Assembly (NCBI GenBank): GCA_001643675.2
Contig: LSRY02000017.1
Span: 1,178,001 to 1,242,000, forward strand
Direction of reading: 5' to 3'
From: Monocercomonoides exilis PA203
Lineage: Eukaryota > Protista > Preaxostyla
Length of the DNA: 64,000 nucleotides
Position numbers and translations under genes: made by a program. The notes beneath the pieces were generated by a model. That model saw only the letters and a program-made list of their open reading frames with translations, did no database searches and was not told the origin of the DNA. Of the stretch, positions 46,713 through 58,638 are shown piece by piece. Within the stretch, counting starts at the first letter, position 1, and each line of letters starts with the position of its first letter.

Positions 46713-49700
46713 TCAAAGGACTTTCTGTTTCTTCATAAACAAATCCATTTCTTCAACAAGAACAGAGGCAACAAACATGAAGTCTTCATGAGGCAGATTT
46801 TCGATGCGTGAAAATGGCACGTTTTTGATGCGTCTGCCAATTGAAAGCTGAGATTGAGTGGTATTTTTGGCAGGAGTGGATGATGGCAAGGTCTGAATTG
46901 AAGTGTCATCTGAAATGTTTGAAGATTCTGAAGAAGAGGAAGAAGAGGAAGAAGAAGAAGAAGAAGGAGAAGGAGAAGGAGAAGGAGAAGGAGAAAAAGA
47001 AGAGGAAGAAGAAGAGGAAGAGGAAGAAGAGGAAGAAGAGGAAGAAGAGGAAGAAGAGGAAGAAGAGGAAGAAGAGGAAGAAGAAGAAGAAGAAGATGAT
47101 GATGATGATGACGATGACGATGATGACAAAGGCAAAAATTCTTTTTCTGCTACTTCTACGAAACAAGGGAAAATAATTGCCAGTGTAAAATCATCTGACT
47201 GCTCCATCAGAAAAGATGTCAATTTTGGAGTGCGAATACTCACAGCCTCCATCACCTCGTGATTTATATACAGAATGTGCATCTTTTCTTTGCGTGTCAG
47301 CACTCCAGAGTTATCCTCCAGCAACATCCTGCTCCGTTCAAATAAGTCCCTTTCCATCATTTCTATCTTCGTTATTTTCTTATTCTTGTTCTCTTCTTTC
47401 TCTTCCTTCTCCTCTTCCTCTTCCTCTTCCTTCTCCTTCTCTTCCTCTCTATTGCGAGTCAATGGCTTGCTGCACGTGGGGCATCTTTTGTACTCAGCTG
47501 CCCAGCCACTCAGACACGCATTGTGGAAGATGTGGCCACAGGGAGCACGCCGCAGCGTCTGGCGGAAGGCGAATTCTTCGGGGGTTTCGGGGGGAAGAGG
47601 ATGGGGGTTGGAGGGTGGAGAGGGTGGAGAAGAGGAGGAAGAGGAGGATGATGATGAAGCAGATGAAGAATGAGAAGGATTTTTTCGTATTTTATTCCAC
47701 AAGCGACGGACAAATGATTCTTTGCGATTTTCTTTTTTCTCTTCTTTTTCCTCATCATTTATGCAACCTTCTTCTCTTTCATCTTCTCTTTTTATTTCCT
47801 TTTCTTTTTCCATTTCATTTTCTTTTTCTTTTTCTTTTTCCTTTTCTTTTCTCTTTTCATTCAAAGAACTGTCCGAACGTTGAATTCTCCTCATAACTGC
47901 ATCTCCATCATCATCATTATCATTACCACTACCACCACCATCATCATCATCATCCGTATCATCATCATCATTGTCATCCATTTTATCATCTATGTCATCC
48001 TTATCATTGTCATTGTCTTTGTCATTCCCCTTTTTGTTTGACTTTCTGTCCATTCTTTCATCATTCACAGCTGAATCATCTTCTTTTCTGCCATCTCTTT
48101 CATCTTCAACAGAGCATTGCTCTTCATTTTGCTCTAAAGAATTGCCATTTCCAGTGCTTTGCTCCAAATGCAGAAGAAGAGAAGAATTTTCATTCAATTT
48201 TTGTGCTTTCCGTTTTCGACACATAACATCCATTTCGTTGTTACTCGAAATAATGTTCGGTTTAAAAATGGAAGATTTATCGTTTTCTTCGGAATTTGTC
48301 GAAAGTTCTTCTTTTTCAGTATTAAAAGCGGTACAGATGACATTTTCTTGTTTTGCTTCTTCTTTCTCCTCCTCCTTCTCTTCTTCTTCTCTTGACTCTG
48401 TTCCTTCCTCCTTTCCAACTTGCTCTTCTATTTCTCTTTCATTTCCCTCTTCTGTTTCCCTCTCCCCCTCCCTCTCCCTCTCATTCTCCCTCTCATTCTC
48501 CCTCTCATTCTCCCTCTCATTCTCCCTCTCATTCTCCACCTCCTCCTCCCTCTCCCTCTCCACCTCCATCTCCATCCTGCAAATAGCACACGTCTTGTCA
48601 TTCAGCTCCGCCAGCTCGCGCTGCGTGGGCGGCTTCAGCTTGTTCCTCAAGGCTTCGACGTAGTCCTTCACAGCAATAAAGAACAGGGCAATGTGATAGT
48701 GCGATATGCTCCTCCACATCTTCAGAATGACATAAATCTCTTTCTCTTCTTTGGGGAATCTCTGGCGGTGCGCATCTCCTGTGGCTGCAGCGTCAGCCAA
48801 TTCTGCGATGTCTGCGAGGATCGAATTGCGGCTACCCATGTACAGCGCTGGAGAAGGGAGCTGGCGGTGCCCAAGATCCTTCACAGAGCTGAGGATTGTG
48901 GCAGAGGAGGAGACGAAGGAAGAGCGATGTGAGACAGATTGTGCAAAGGACGGGTTCTTCTGTATGAAGTGGCTTGTGTGCGGAATGTGGTTGTAATACG
49001 CAAAAATCAGGGTGGAGACTAAAGAGATAGCGTTATTGTAAAGTTTCTTGTTGATTGGATTGTCTAAGACACGGTTCAGCCAATTGATAGCAATAAACAA
49101 ATAATTCACAAGCAAAGAACAGTAGGAAAAAAACGCTTTCTTAAATTTGTTGCTTCTCGATTTGATTTCATTTTCTTCAAATGCTTTATTCAAACCTTTT
49201 AATGAATTTTTTATCTTCTCAACTTTAGTTTGCATTCGTTGAACAATGATGCTCAAAACAATATATGTATCTTCAAGTAGTATTTCAAGAAGTATGCAAT
49301 AGTACATCCAGTATCCACTGACCCAGGTCAGTCGTATAACATATTTTTGAGAGTCTTTTGGATCTTTTCCAAGAATATTCATTGCTTGGTTAATTTCTTT
49401 ATTCTGATCTAAATCGAGTCTGATAAATGGCTCAAAACATGCCCATTTTCGAATTGAAAACGCCGAAAATATATGCATAATTCCGAAAAAGCCAATAACT
49501 AAAAATCCAATGCTTATTAATATCCTCTTTCTCAATTGGTTTTCTTGAATTCCAAGATCATTAACAAAAGTATCGACAGTAAATGCTAATAGTTGTAATG
49601 GAATAGAAATAATGAACGAAAAGATGTTCCGTGCCATTAAATTTAAATAATTATCCTCTCCTTTAACTGGTAATAAATAATTGATAATAATGACGATCTC

Positions 49701-49956
49701 TAAAGTTTTCAAAAGTTGTTTGATTTCCACTGTTCCAGCAATAACCTTCAAGAATAAGTAAGGAACAAAAACGTAAAATACAATTAAAAATGCGTGTGCC
49801 TTCGAAAAATTGCAATTGCATTAATTTCTCAAATAATCCAAAATACATACAAAGAATCCAGAAATTGACTTTGCAAAATAGAAATGCAATATTGGAGCAT
49901 ATTTGGAGTTGAATAATAAAGAAAATAAAATCCCAATGAATGCACCAAAACAACAA
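46713..49956 (-). CDS. Hrd1/AMFR-like membrane RING-H2 E3 ligase with a ~346-aa insert inside the RING (5' end uncertain)
   Basis: Several N-terminal TMs, then PPTQRELAELNDKTCAICRMEM ... RRAPCGHIFHNACL..W.....RCPTC. Upstream exon(s) probably lie beyond 49750. Confidence 0.75.
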
Positions 49957-50530
49957 AAAGAAAAAAATGTTTTCTTTCTCATTTCATTCAATTAATTATG
50001 GGATATCAAAACTGCAAAAGTTAACCATATTCACTTTGAAGATAAATATGCAAAACAAAAGCAATTCTGATGGTTTTGATTCGGCGTGAATTATATGACT
50101 TTCATTTTCTCTTCCTCTGAAAACAAAAATAAAAAATAAAACTGGAATATAATAAAAATATAAAATTGACAGAAAAAAAAAAGAAAGAAAGATAAATAAG
50201 GAATTATTTATTAGTTCAAAAAATTTCATTTGCAAATTATCATATGATAAAGAAACGAATTTATATAAAGATATTATTCTTTGAAAAGTTTAGGGCCAAA
50301 CAAATGATTTATCGATTTTAATTTATGAAAATGTTTATTGGTGAGCTGATACTTTGCTTTGTTGGAGGAAAAATTATTCATATGATTCCAATAATTAAAA
50401 AAACAATTCATTATTCATTATTAAAATAAAATATTTTTTATTTTTTTAAATATGGTTTACTCTAAAAATAGTTTGTTTATTTAATATTTTTGAATTAGAG
50501 TGATTAAATCATTGAACATAAAGTTTTTAT

Positions 50531-51781
50531 ATGCTATCGGAAGATTCAGATTCTTATAGATCGGACAGCGACTATACAGGAGTTGATGACGATTTGACAA
50601 ATGCCTCTGAAGATGAAAATGGAAATAAAAAACCTCCTGAGGAATATTTACCAGGAATAGAAAAGATTTTGGATGACGGAAGAATTGATGTAAAATCTGA
50701 AAGACCTTTGAAAGTTGTGAAGCGAATCATAAAGGAAGGGACCGGTCCAAAACCTCGTCGCAGAACCAAGTGTTCAGTCGTTTTCACGGGAAAACTTCAA
50801 GATGGAACAATTGTAGATTCTGTTCAAGATCGTGAACATCCGTTTCTTTTTAAATTAGGTATTGGTCAAGCAATTAAAGGATGGGATGTTGGGGTTGGAA
50901 GCATGAGAGTTGGAGAAATCGCTGAATTGACAATTGCTTCTGATTATGCGTATGGAAAAAATGGAAAAGAAGATCACAACATTCCTCCAGATTCTCCTAT
51001 GATATTTGAAATCGAATTATTGGATGTTGAAGACGAGCCTGAAACAGATCAAGAACGCTATGATTTTGCATTGAAAAAGAAGGAGTTGGGAAACAAACTT
51101 TCAAAAGAAGGCAATTGGAAATCTGCACGAGACGAATATGAAACGGGATTGTGTTATATTGATTACCTCAAACCAAAAGACGAAGAATTAAAACAACCAT
51201 TACTTGAAGCACGAATTGCTCTCCATCTTAATAAATGCTTGTGCTATCTGAAAATGGAAAAGCCACATCTTAAAAGGGCCAAGGAAGAAGCTGAAGAAGT
51301 TCTTAAATTAGATTCGTCTAATGCAAAAGCTCTCTTTAGAAGATCACTTGTATACAGGCGAAAAGGTGATTTGAAAATGGCAAGAGCTGATTTAGAATCT
51401 GCCTTGAAAAGTGCTCCCAAAGACAACAGCATTCGAAGTGAACTGGAAAGTGTGATTAAACAACAAGCAAACATTGCTGCTAAACAGAAAAAAGTTTATG
51501 CAGGACTTTTTGAGAAGTTACGTTCGATGGAAGAAAATGAAGAAAAAAGCGGAACTATTTCCTCTTCAAAAAAAGTTGAAAGAGAGAAAACAACAGAGGA
51601 AAAAGCCTACATAAAAGACATTTCTCAATCCCTTCAGCAAACTGAAAATTTGTGCTCGAAAGAATTTGACGAGGGAAAAACTTCAAGTTCATCTACAGAC
51701 AATGAAAAAGAATTAGATGATTCAAATAAAACTAAAGAAACAAGCATATCAAATCTGTCAACAAAATCAGAAGATAGCTAA
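50531..51781 (+). CDS. FKBP-type peptidyl-prolyl isomerase with TPR domain (FKBP4/5/62-like)
   Basis: V.FTGKLQDGT..DS..DR..PF.F.LG.GQ.IKGWD.GV..M.VGE...L.I...YAYG..G....IPP.S...FEIEL, followed by TPRs (K.LGN, LHLN...C, NAKALFRR). Confidence 0.93.
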   Translation: MLSEDSDSYRSDSDYTGVDDDLTNASEDENGNKKPPEEYLPGIEKILDDGRIDVKSERPLKVVKRIIKEGTGPKPRRRTKCSVVFTGKLQDGTIVDSVQDREHPFLFKLGIGQAIKGWDVGVGSMRVGEIAELTIASDYAYGKNGKEDHNIPPDSPMIFEIELLDVEDEPETDQERYDFALKKKELGNKLSKEGNWKSARDEYETGLCYIDYLKPKDEELKQPLLEARIALHLNKCLCYLKMEKPHLKRAKEEAEEVLKLDSSNAKALFRRSLVYRRKGDLKMARADLESALKSAPKDNSIRSELESVIKQQANIAAKQKKVYAGLFEKLRSMEENEEKSGTISSSKKVEREKTTEEKAYIKDISQSLQQTENLCSKEFDEGKTSSSSTDNEKELDDSNKTKETSISNLSTKSEDS

Positions 51782-52063
51782 ATGAAGAAAATAATTTATT
51801 ATGCTTTTGAATGGAAAAATTGAAATTTAAATTTTTTATTCAATAATTAATTGTTATAAAATTATTCAATCCATTTCTTGCTTTTTTGTATTTGTAATCA
51901 TTCGTTTTTTCGATTAGATATCAATCATTTCAGGTTTTTTAATGTTAATTATAATTTATAGATATTAATATAAAAAGATTTTTGAATAGATCACTTCTTA
52001 CTTAACCATATTAATTTTTTGAAGAAGAATTATAAAGATTCTCGCTTTTTCTCTTAAAAGAGA

Positions 52064-55000
52064 ATGCCACGTCGCTCCAAACAAAAGAGAAATCGTAAAA
52101 ATGATCCAGGGGTAACAGTGGAGCGAAAGCAAGATAAACAACACCAAAAGTGGCTGACACAAGAAGATATTCATATTTTCAATGAATTGAGCGCCAAGCA
52201 ATTCAACAAATCAAAGCAAGGAACAGATCTCGAAACAAAAGATGAGAGAGATATCTATTATGTTTTGTTATGGAGAATTCAACAAGAACAACAGCAATTC
52301 CTTCAAAAGCAAATTTCCGATTTTTCTGATCATTTTCATCAGTTAAAAACTCTTTATTATCCATATAATAGCGTAAAAAGCATTGAGACATACAACAATT
52401 CTGAAAGGATCAAAATAAAACACTATTCGCGTTTTTTTGTTCCGATTTCAAAAATCTCTTTACAAAAATTGTATTATTATTCTTTAATTAAAGCAGCAAA
52501 GGTTCGTGTTATTGAAGGTAGTGATCGCCCTTTGCAATACATTCATCCAAGACTTTGCATAGGCTCAGTGCCAATAAAGGCGACAGAATTCTCCAAAGGC
52601 GATATATTTCAGATTGATGATGCACCACAGCGAAGTGTTGAAAAGGAGTATCAAAGTCGCAAAGAGCGAGCTTCCGTAAAACCTTTACAAGCAAAGGAAA
52701 GCAAATTGTCACCAATATCATTTGATCCTTTAATTTCTTCAACTTTGTATAAATGCAAATGCGACGCATGCTCTCCCGAAAACGATGACTCAGATGATGT
52801 CAAGGAAAACTATGTGTCAACCGTACCAAACGTTGCGTGCTCGACATCGACACTAACATTATTTGGCAAATTGCAGGCAAGTCTTCGCTTAACGACTTTT
52901 CGGAACTTTTTAATGAATCCTGAGATTAACAGCGAGGAATGTTTAGTCCGTTTTCCTTTGCATTTTCCAGACGCTTCAGTTCACGAGCCATTCATCGATG
53001 ATCCTTTTGAAATTCCATTTGTGATTGTTGACCGGCACCCACTCACCAATCAACTTATTCCATCGCAATACCCATTTTCACCTGATTCTTCTTCAGTTTT
53101 GGAATGTGATGCTCTGCCATTTCTTCCTGTACATTCCCCAAATAGAGATAATTACACAAAAGCACGAAAAGACACTTCATGTTCAGATTCCCCGGTGGAT
53201 CAGCTTTCTTTACTTCAGGAAAAGTTACCTGCATTTGCTAGATCTCATCCTATTTTGCCATTTTATTCCAAAGTCATTTTTTTTGACAAGCCTCTTCAGC
53301 AGCACTCCGTTCCTGTGAAAGAAAAAGTTGCAAAGGTATTCAGATGGAACATTAAATCTCATATTTTTGGGCCAAAGCCATCTTTTTGCTGTTTTGATCC
53401 GCAAACAGGACAACTTCAATGTGATAGACAAAATCCTATTGGATTAAATAGAATTTCAGAAATGAATCATTTAAGCTTGCACAATTACCAAAAAAATTGC
53501 AATGATACAAAAGAAGGAGATAAGATGAAAGAGGATGAATGCACCACAAGCGAGAGACAAGGATCAAGGGATTTCTCGAAGATGTTCAAAGATTTGTATT
53601 CGCCTCTTAATTCAATCATAAAAACTGTTCCATCAATAAAGCAAGCAATTACTTCATATCATGACACAGCAGACAATCAAAGAAGACAAAACATAACAGA
53701 AGTTGATGCATCGTCAATGACTGAAGCAACGGAATCCACAAAGGAAGCAGAGACAGTTCTCAAAAAGCAGAAAAAGCAGATCATCAATTTTATTCCTGGG
53801 CTTGTGAAGTTCAAACCAGCAGAGAAGCAACATGAACCTCAAAAGAGCGCGTCTACTTCCCCTCCTTCTCCCTCAAGCAGCAACATAACACAAAAATTCG
53901 ACACGCAGACTTTGTCAATACCACCTTTGGTTAATTACTCGCGAAGCACTCCCACTCAATCACTCACTTCCATTGCTTTACCTGGACAGTCGATGCCAAC
54001 CTCACTTCAGTCTATTCCCAACCCATCCACACAATCTCCTCTTCCATCTTCTGGCTCGCTTCCGCCTTTCTTTCCAGCTTTGAAGCAGTCTTCTGAGTTC
54101 TCTTCGACATTTCCTGTTTTGTCTCCGCTGTCCACTCCATTTCAAAGAAAATTGAACGATCTGTCCAATTCAGCTATTGATTTTCATTCACATGAAACAT
54201 TTTTTTCCTCAACTTCTTCATTTTCATCTGAGTCGCCAACATTACTTCCTTCCAATGCCTCTCAAAGCACTTCAGATTTATCACTTCAGTCACTTCACAC
54301 TTCATCTCCTCCAAATACTCAACAACATTTCTCACAATCAATCGATTCATTTACATCCACACCTCCGGCTTCGAATCTTCACACTTTGGATATCACTCCA
54401 AAATATGGATCTGAGCCTTATCAAAGCAATACTTCTTTAAGCTCTCCATTTCTTTCAATAAATCCTTCTATATTACCGCCTCATTTACTAACTAACTCTT
54501 CACCAATAACAAATTCATCAAACAATTTTTCAAATGCAAGTAATTTGGGGGGAAAAAATGAAAACAGCCATTCCAAACCTTTAAGCTTTGACAACGAAGG
54601 ATTTATGAATGAAAGCGAAAACAACAAAGGACCATTTGCTCCAGAAAAATCCTTACAACAGCAAAACATGCTTATTACTTCACAAGTCCAACAATCTCCA
54701 AAACAAGAAGGAGAGCACCAACAGCAAAGCAGCATTGAAGAGCCAAAAGCGACAAGTGCTTCATCAGCAGTCATTTCTCCTTGGCGCATTTCTCCGCCTG
54801 CTCCTTTTTCTCGCCCTTCTGACCAATTTTTGAAGCAGATGCGTTCTCAACTCAAAGAGAATGAAACAAAACGGTTGAATGCTGATTCTTCGCTGTCAGA
54901 TAAAAATTCTATGATTTCAGAAAAAAAAGAGCAATCAAACGAAAAAGGAAAGATTGTTCTTTTGACTCACAATTCAAAGAAGATTAGAATAAAAGATGAA

Positions 55001-58000
55001 CATCCAACAGTCAAAAAAGAGTTGTCACAAGAAAAGAAAAAAGAAAGGCAGAAACCAAAAAGACCATCTCTAAGATGGGATGAAGATATTATCAGCAATC
55101 ATTCATTTCAGCTATCGAATTCAATTTCAACCGCTGGTATGTTAGAAACACTGAAAAACGATGAACAGAATGCGCAAAGCAAACTGAGGAAAAACTTGTA
55201 TAATCTTCGTTCTCTGGACTCTCCTCAAAAAATGGAGCAGGACACAGATAATTCAATGGAAATGGACATTCTCGATCAGCCAGCTACATCCCCGAGTAAG
55301 CATCAAGACAGCAGGATACAGCGAGAGAAGAAAAGTGGAAATGAAGCTCTTCCTTCGCAAACGCTCTCTCAATCAGATTCTCATCAGGAGGCAGTTTCAA
55401 AGGCAGAATTTTCGCAAGCCAGATCTAAGCCAACTCCATCGACTCCTTCACTATCAAGAAGAAGCAAAGGTGTGCAGTGCAACATTATGTCGTGGGACAT
55501 GTGGCAGAACGTGATGAAAATGGTGGAGACATTCCAAAGCTTCTCTGCTTTTTCTTCTGGAAAGAACTTACTTGTGGAGAATGCGCAAAACAAGAAGACA
55601 GAACTGAACAGTGAAGCAACTGAAGAAGTTGATGATGAAAGCTTTGGAGAAGATGATGTTAAATCAACGGAAAAAGTACATTTTCAATCAATCAATGAAA
55701 CAAATGAAAAAGAAGAGGTTGAAAAAGCAATGGTTAATCAATCAAATCTAGAAAGCTCAATGCAATTCTCAAAGAAATTTCATAAAAGACTTGGAAATCT
55801 TGATTTTGAAGAAGATGAAGACGAATACGATAATGAATCTGAATATGCAAATTCGCATCCTCAAAAAAATTCTGTTTCTTCATCTCGAATAAAACGCAAA
55901 GTTTCACAAAAGAGTGTGCCAAAAATTGTGCCACAGCTTGACGGAGACATCGATTCTGATGATACAGAAAGTGACGAAGATGTCGATCGTGCAAATGATC
56001 GAGACACTCAGCGAAGTCAAACTCAACCAACACACAGAATCAGTCAAGACGAGCCATCGACGCCTTCTTCAAGTGCCTTTTTTTACCCCACATTCTATTC
56101 GGATGTTGAAGAGAAATTTGACATTCAAAAAGAGATGAGAGAAAATAAAGATATCCACAAGACTGAAATGCAGCCAACTGATTTTTCTGTTAGTTCAAAG
56201 AATGATAATGTCCAGCTGGCAGATTCTTCTGAAAACACAGAAACAGACAAACGCATGCCAATTGAAGAAGACATAAAATTCGATATCAGAATGGACATTG
56301 ACGATGAAAGCGAAAAAGATGACGAAAGAACAATGCATAACCAGGAGGATAACGAGAAAGAAAGCGAAATAGAAGAAGGCGAAATCGAAAGTGAAGAAGA
56401 TGATTCATTCAATTATTTGGGTGCTCTTCTCAAAAAAACCAATCAGCTTCAGTCACTTTCTGCATATGTTCAGAGACAATTAACAGACATTGTACCTGAC
56501 AGCATACGTTTTGTATTAGACTCGCCTTCGCTTCCTCACATTCGCATTAAATCGAAAGATCAACAAGTTAATTCTGACAGATCAGACAAACCTGATAAAC
56601 TAGATGAATCAGATGAGCCAGATGATGCAGAAAAGTCCGACGAATCAGATAAACCAGAAACACTTTCAAATAATGAAACTATCCAGATTGCGAAACCTCG
56701 TCCTTCAGTTCCCGAAGAAGAATCAAGTGATGATGATGAAAGCAGCTTATCGACGTCTTCATTATCATCATCCTCTTCTTCTTCTTCAATTACATCTCCA
56801 AATTCTTCATCATCATCCTCATCTTCTTCTGAACCATTATTTCTAAAAACACGAAAGCAGAAGAATTTAGCACCTCAAGATTCAGACCAATTACAAAAGC
56901 AACTTTCATCATCTTTTTCTCTTTTTTCACCTTTTTCACAGCCGATTAATCAATCATCTTCAATTCAATCGCTCCTTCAGAAGTACATGAGCAACTGTAA
57001 TCGTGTCCAATCGATGGCAAATGCGCGTACAGGGTTGATATTACCGCAACGCCATTCGCTTCTCTTTGATAGAAAACCATCTCGTTCCAATGCACAAGAT
57101 GAAGCATCAGGCTCCAATAAGAATCAAAAAGAGGAAGTGTTTGAATCCAATCCATATTTGCTGCCTCTGAACAGCGACTTGGAAACGTTTCTTTCAAAAA
57201 GCAATGTAACCTATCACAGTGTTCGACTGAATGAACATCATCTGCTTGTGCGATCGAGAATGGCAGGTGTTGTTGAGAGACAAGTTCAATCAGAAACTCA
57301 TGAAACAGAAAATGAAGACAACTTTAGAAGAGAAGAACAGAGAAAACAGATGTTTGGCAACCAAAATACAGATGGATTCATTGGGGCATCATCTGAACAT
57401 TCATCGCAGAAGTTATCAACATCATTTGTGCCACTTGAAGTTGAGGTCAAAGTGGAGTATGGACACGATGTGAATGATGTGCAAAAGTTTATTGACAGCC
57501 AAAATAAACAGCCTACTAAATCTGGTTCTAATAATAGATCACTTGCTGCATCTTCCTTTTCAGCGCACTCTTCATCAAAAGCAGATCCATCTTCTTCAAA
57601 AGCAAACACATCTCCTTCACTTCCTTCAGAACTTCTTTCACCTGCTCAGATGAGTCGCCTGTGGATGCGTTCATTCTTCACTGGAGAAGCATCTGAAAAC
57701 GGAGTCGCTCAGGTCGTTCACGTTGATCCTGTGACAAACTTCGTGACTGAAAGCGAAGAAATCCGACTTACAAATCTCCATCCATTCACAGAATTCGCAT
57801 GCAAATCTTCGTCAACAAAGCAAAGGCCAGCTTTCATGCCAGCAAAGAGAGTGAATCGTCAAATGATTCCCGAGGAGTTTTTTATCAATTCATCTGCCAC
57901 GCTCACACCAGAGGAGCAGGCAAAGATTCCTCAAATGCTAGCTTCATCGGCATCTCGGGCAACGCTTTCATCGTTTTATCCAGACGAAGCATGCTGGGTG

Positions 58001-58444
58001 GCAGAGGGGATATTCAATGCTTTGTCTTACCTTCCAGCTGGAGAGTATTTGCTTGTTCGACAGAAAGGCCAGCAAGAACTCATCGTTTTGGCTGCTGTCG
58101 GAGACAAGGAAACTCAAGCATCACAAGAGCAAACATTGCCTTCTTCTCCTTCTCTTCCTTCTTGCTTCAACGAACCCAGCAAACAATCCGATTCAATCAG
58201 TTCAAAAGTGAACCCAATTATGCCTGTGGGTTCTGAATGGATAACTTCACCAGCCCAGTCACAGTTTGAAACAAATCCGCTTTGCTATGATCTTCATGCA
58301 TCTCACTGCAGCAGCGGCTCAAGCGATACTCGAAGCCAGCATTTTATTCACAACAAATGGAATCCTCAACCTATGTTCTCTATGTTACACACTCCTATTC
58401 AGAGTTTTCCATTCACTTTTCCAAATGATCCCCGCAGTAAATGA
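52064..58444 (+). CDS. ICE2/NARG2-like protein (little elongation complex subunit 2-like), 2126 aa, with a large low-complexity middle
   Basis: FEIPFVI, KVIFFDKPL...VKEK, NVTYHSVRL..HHLLVRSR, VKVEY, LSPAQMSRLW..S, VVHVD..T and FNALSYLPAGEYLL recall the ICE2/NARG2 conserved blocks in the same order. Confidence 0.65.
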   Translation: MPRRSKQKRNRKNDPGVTVERKQDKQHQKWLTQEDIHIFNELSAKQFNKSKQGTDLETKDERDIYYVLLWRIQQEQQQFLQKQISDFSDHFHQLKTLYYPYNSVKSIETYNNSERIKIKHYSRFFVPISKISLQKLYYYSLIKAAKVRVIEGSDRPLQYIHPRLCIGSVPIKATEFSKGDIFQIDDAPQRSVEKEYQSRKERASVKPLQAKESKLSPISFDPLISSTLYKCKCDACSPENDDSDDVKENYVSTVPNVACSTSTLTLFGKLQASLRLTTFRNFLMNPEINSEECLVRFPLHFPDASVHEPFIDDPFEIPFVIVDRHPLTNQLIPSQYPFSPDSSSVLECDALPFLPVHSPNRDNYTKARKDTSCSDSPVDQLSLLQEKLPAFARSHPILPFYSKVIFFDKPLQQHSVPVKEKVAKVFRWNIKSHIFGPKPSFCCFDPQTGQLQCDRQNPIGLNRISEMNHLSLHNYQKNCNDTKEGDKMKEDECTTSERQGSRDFSKMFKDLYSPLNSIIKTVPSIKQAITSYHDTADNQRRQNITEVDASSMTEATESTKEAETVLKKQKKQIINFIPGLVKFKPAEKQHEPQKSASTSPPSPSSSNITQKFDTQTLSIPPLVNYSRSTPTQSLTSIALPGQSMPTSLQSIPNPSTQSPLPSSGSLPPFFPALKQSSEFSSTFPVLSPLSTPFQRKLNDLSNSAIDFHSHETFFSSTSSFSSESPTLLPSNASQSTSDLSLQSLHTSSPPNTQQHFSQSIDSFTSTPPASNLHTLDITPKYGSEPYQSNTSLSSPFLSINPSILPPHLLTNSSPITNSSNNFSNASNLGGKNENSHSKPLSFDNEGFMNESENNKGPFAPEKSLQQQNMLITSQVQQSPKQEGEHQQQSSIEEPKATSASSAVISPWRISPPAPFSRPSDQFLKQMRSQLKENETKRLNADSSLSDKNSMISEKKEQSNEKGKIVLLTHNSKKIRIKDEHPTVKKELSQEKKKERQKPKRPSLRWDEDIISNHSFQLSNSISTAGMLETLKNDEQNAQSKLRKNLYNLRSLDSPQKMEQDTDNSMEMDILDQPATSPSKHQDSRIQREKKSGNEALPSQTLSQSDSHQEAVSKAEFSQARSKPTPSTPSLSRRSKGVQCNIMSWDMWQNVMKMVETFQSFSAFSSGKNLLVENAQNKKTELNSEATEEVDDESFGEDDVKSTEKVHFQSINETNEKEEVEKAMVNQSNLESSMQFSKKFHKRLGNLDFEEDEDEYDNESEYANSHPQKNSVSSSRIKRKVSQKSVPKIVPQLDGDIDSDDTESDEDVDRANDRDTQRSQTQPTHRISQDEPSTPSSSAFFYPTFYSDVEEKFDIQKEMRENKDIHKTEMQPTDFSVSSKNDNVQLADSSENTETDKRMPIEEDIKFDIRMDIDDESEKDDERTMHNQEDNEKESEIEEGEIESEEDDSFNYLGALLKKTNQLQSLSAYVQRQLTDIVPDSIRFVLDSPSLPHIRIKSKDQQVNSDRSDKPDKLDESDEPDDAEKSDESDKPETLSNNETIQIAKPRPSVPEEESSDDDESSLSTSSLSSSSSSSSITSPNSSSSSSSSSEPLFLKTRKQKNLAPQDSDQLQKQLSSSFSLFSPFSQPINQSSSIQSLLQKYMSNCNRVQSMANARTGLILPQRHSLLFDRKPSRSNAQDEASGSNKNQKEEVFESNPYLLPLNSDLETFLSKSNVTYHSVRLNEHHLLVRSRMAGVVERQVQSETHETENEDNFRREEQRKQMFGNQNTDGFIGASSEHSSQKLSTSFVPLEVEVKVEYGHDVNDVQKFIDSQNKQPTKSGSNNRSLAASSFSAHSSSKADPSSSKANTSPSLPSELLSPAQMSRLWMRSFFTGEASENGVAQVVHVDPVTNFVTESEEIRLTNLHPFTEFACKSSSTKQRPAFMPAKRVNRQMIPEEFFINSSATLTPEEQAKIPQMLASSASRATLSSFYPDEACWVAEGIFNALSYLPAGEYLLVRQKGQQELIVLAAVGDKETQASQEQTLPSSPSLPSCFNEPSKQSDSISSKVNPIMPVGSEWITSPAQSQFETNPLCYDLHASHCSSGSSDTRSQHFIHNKWNPQPMFSMLHTPIQSFPFTFPNDPRSK

Positions 58445-58638
58445 AAAACAAAAGATTATTCCTTAATTTAATGTTATGTGATGAATTAAGATATTTATTT
58501 TTTTGCAAAAATTTGCAAGGCAGATTTTTGGAATGGAAAAATTTCAAACAACAAAAATACTTACTCTGAGATGCGATATGAATAAAACAGAAATTAAATT
58601 TTAACCCAAATTATTTTAAATATTGTTGTTGAAGTTTT

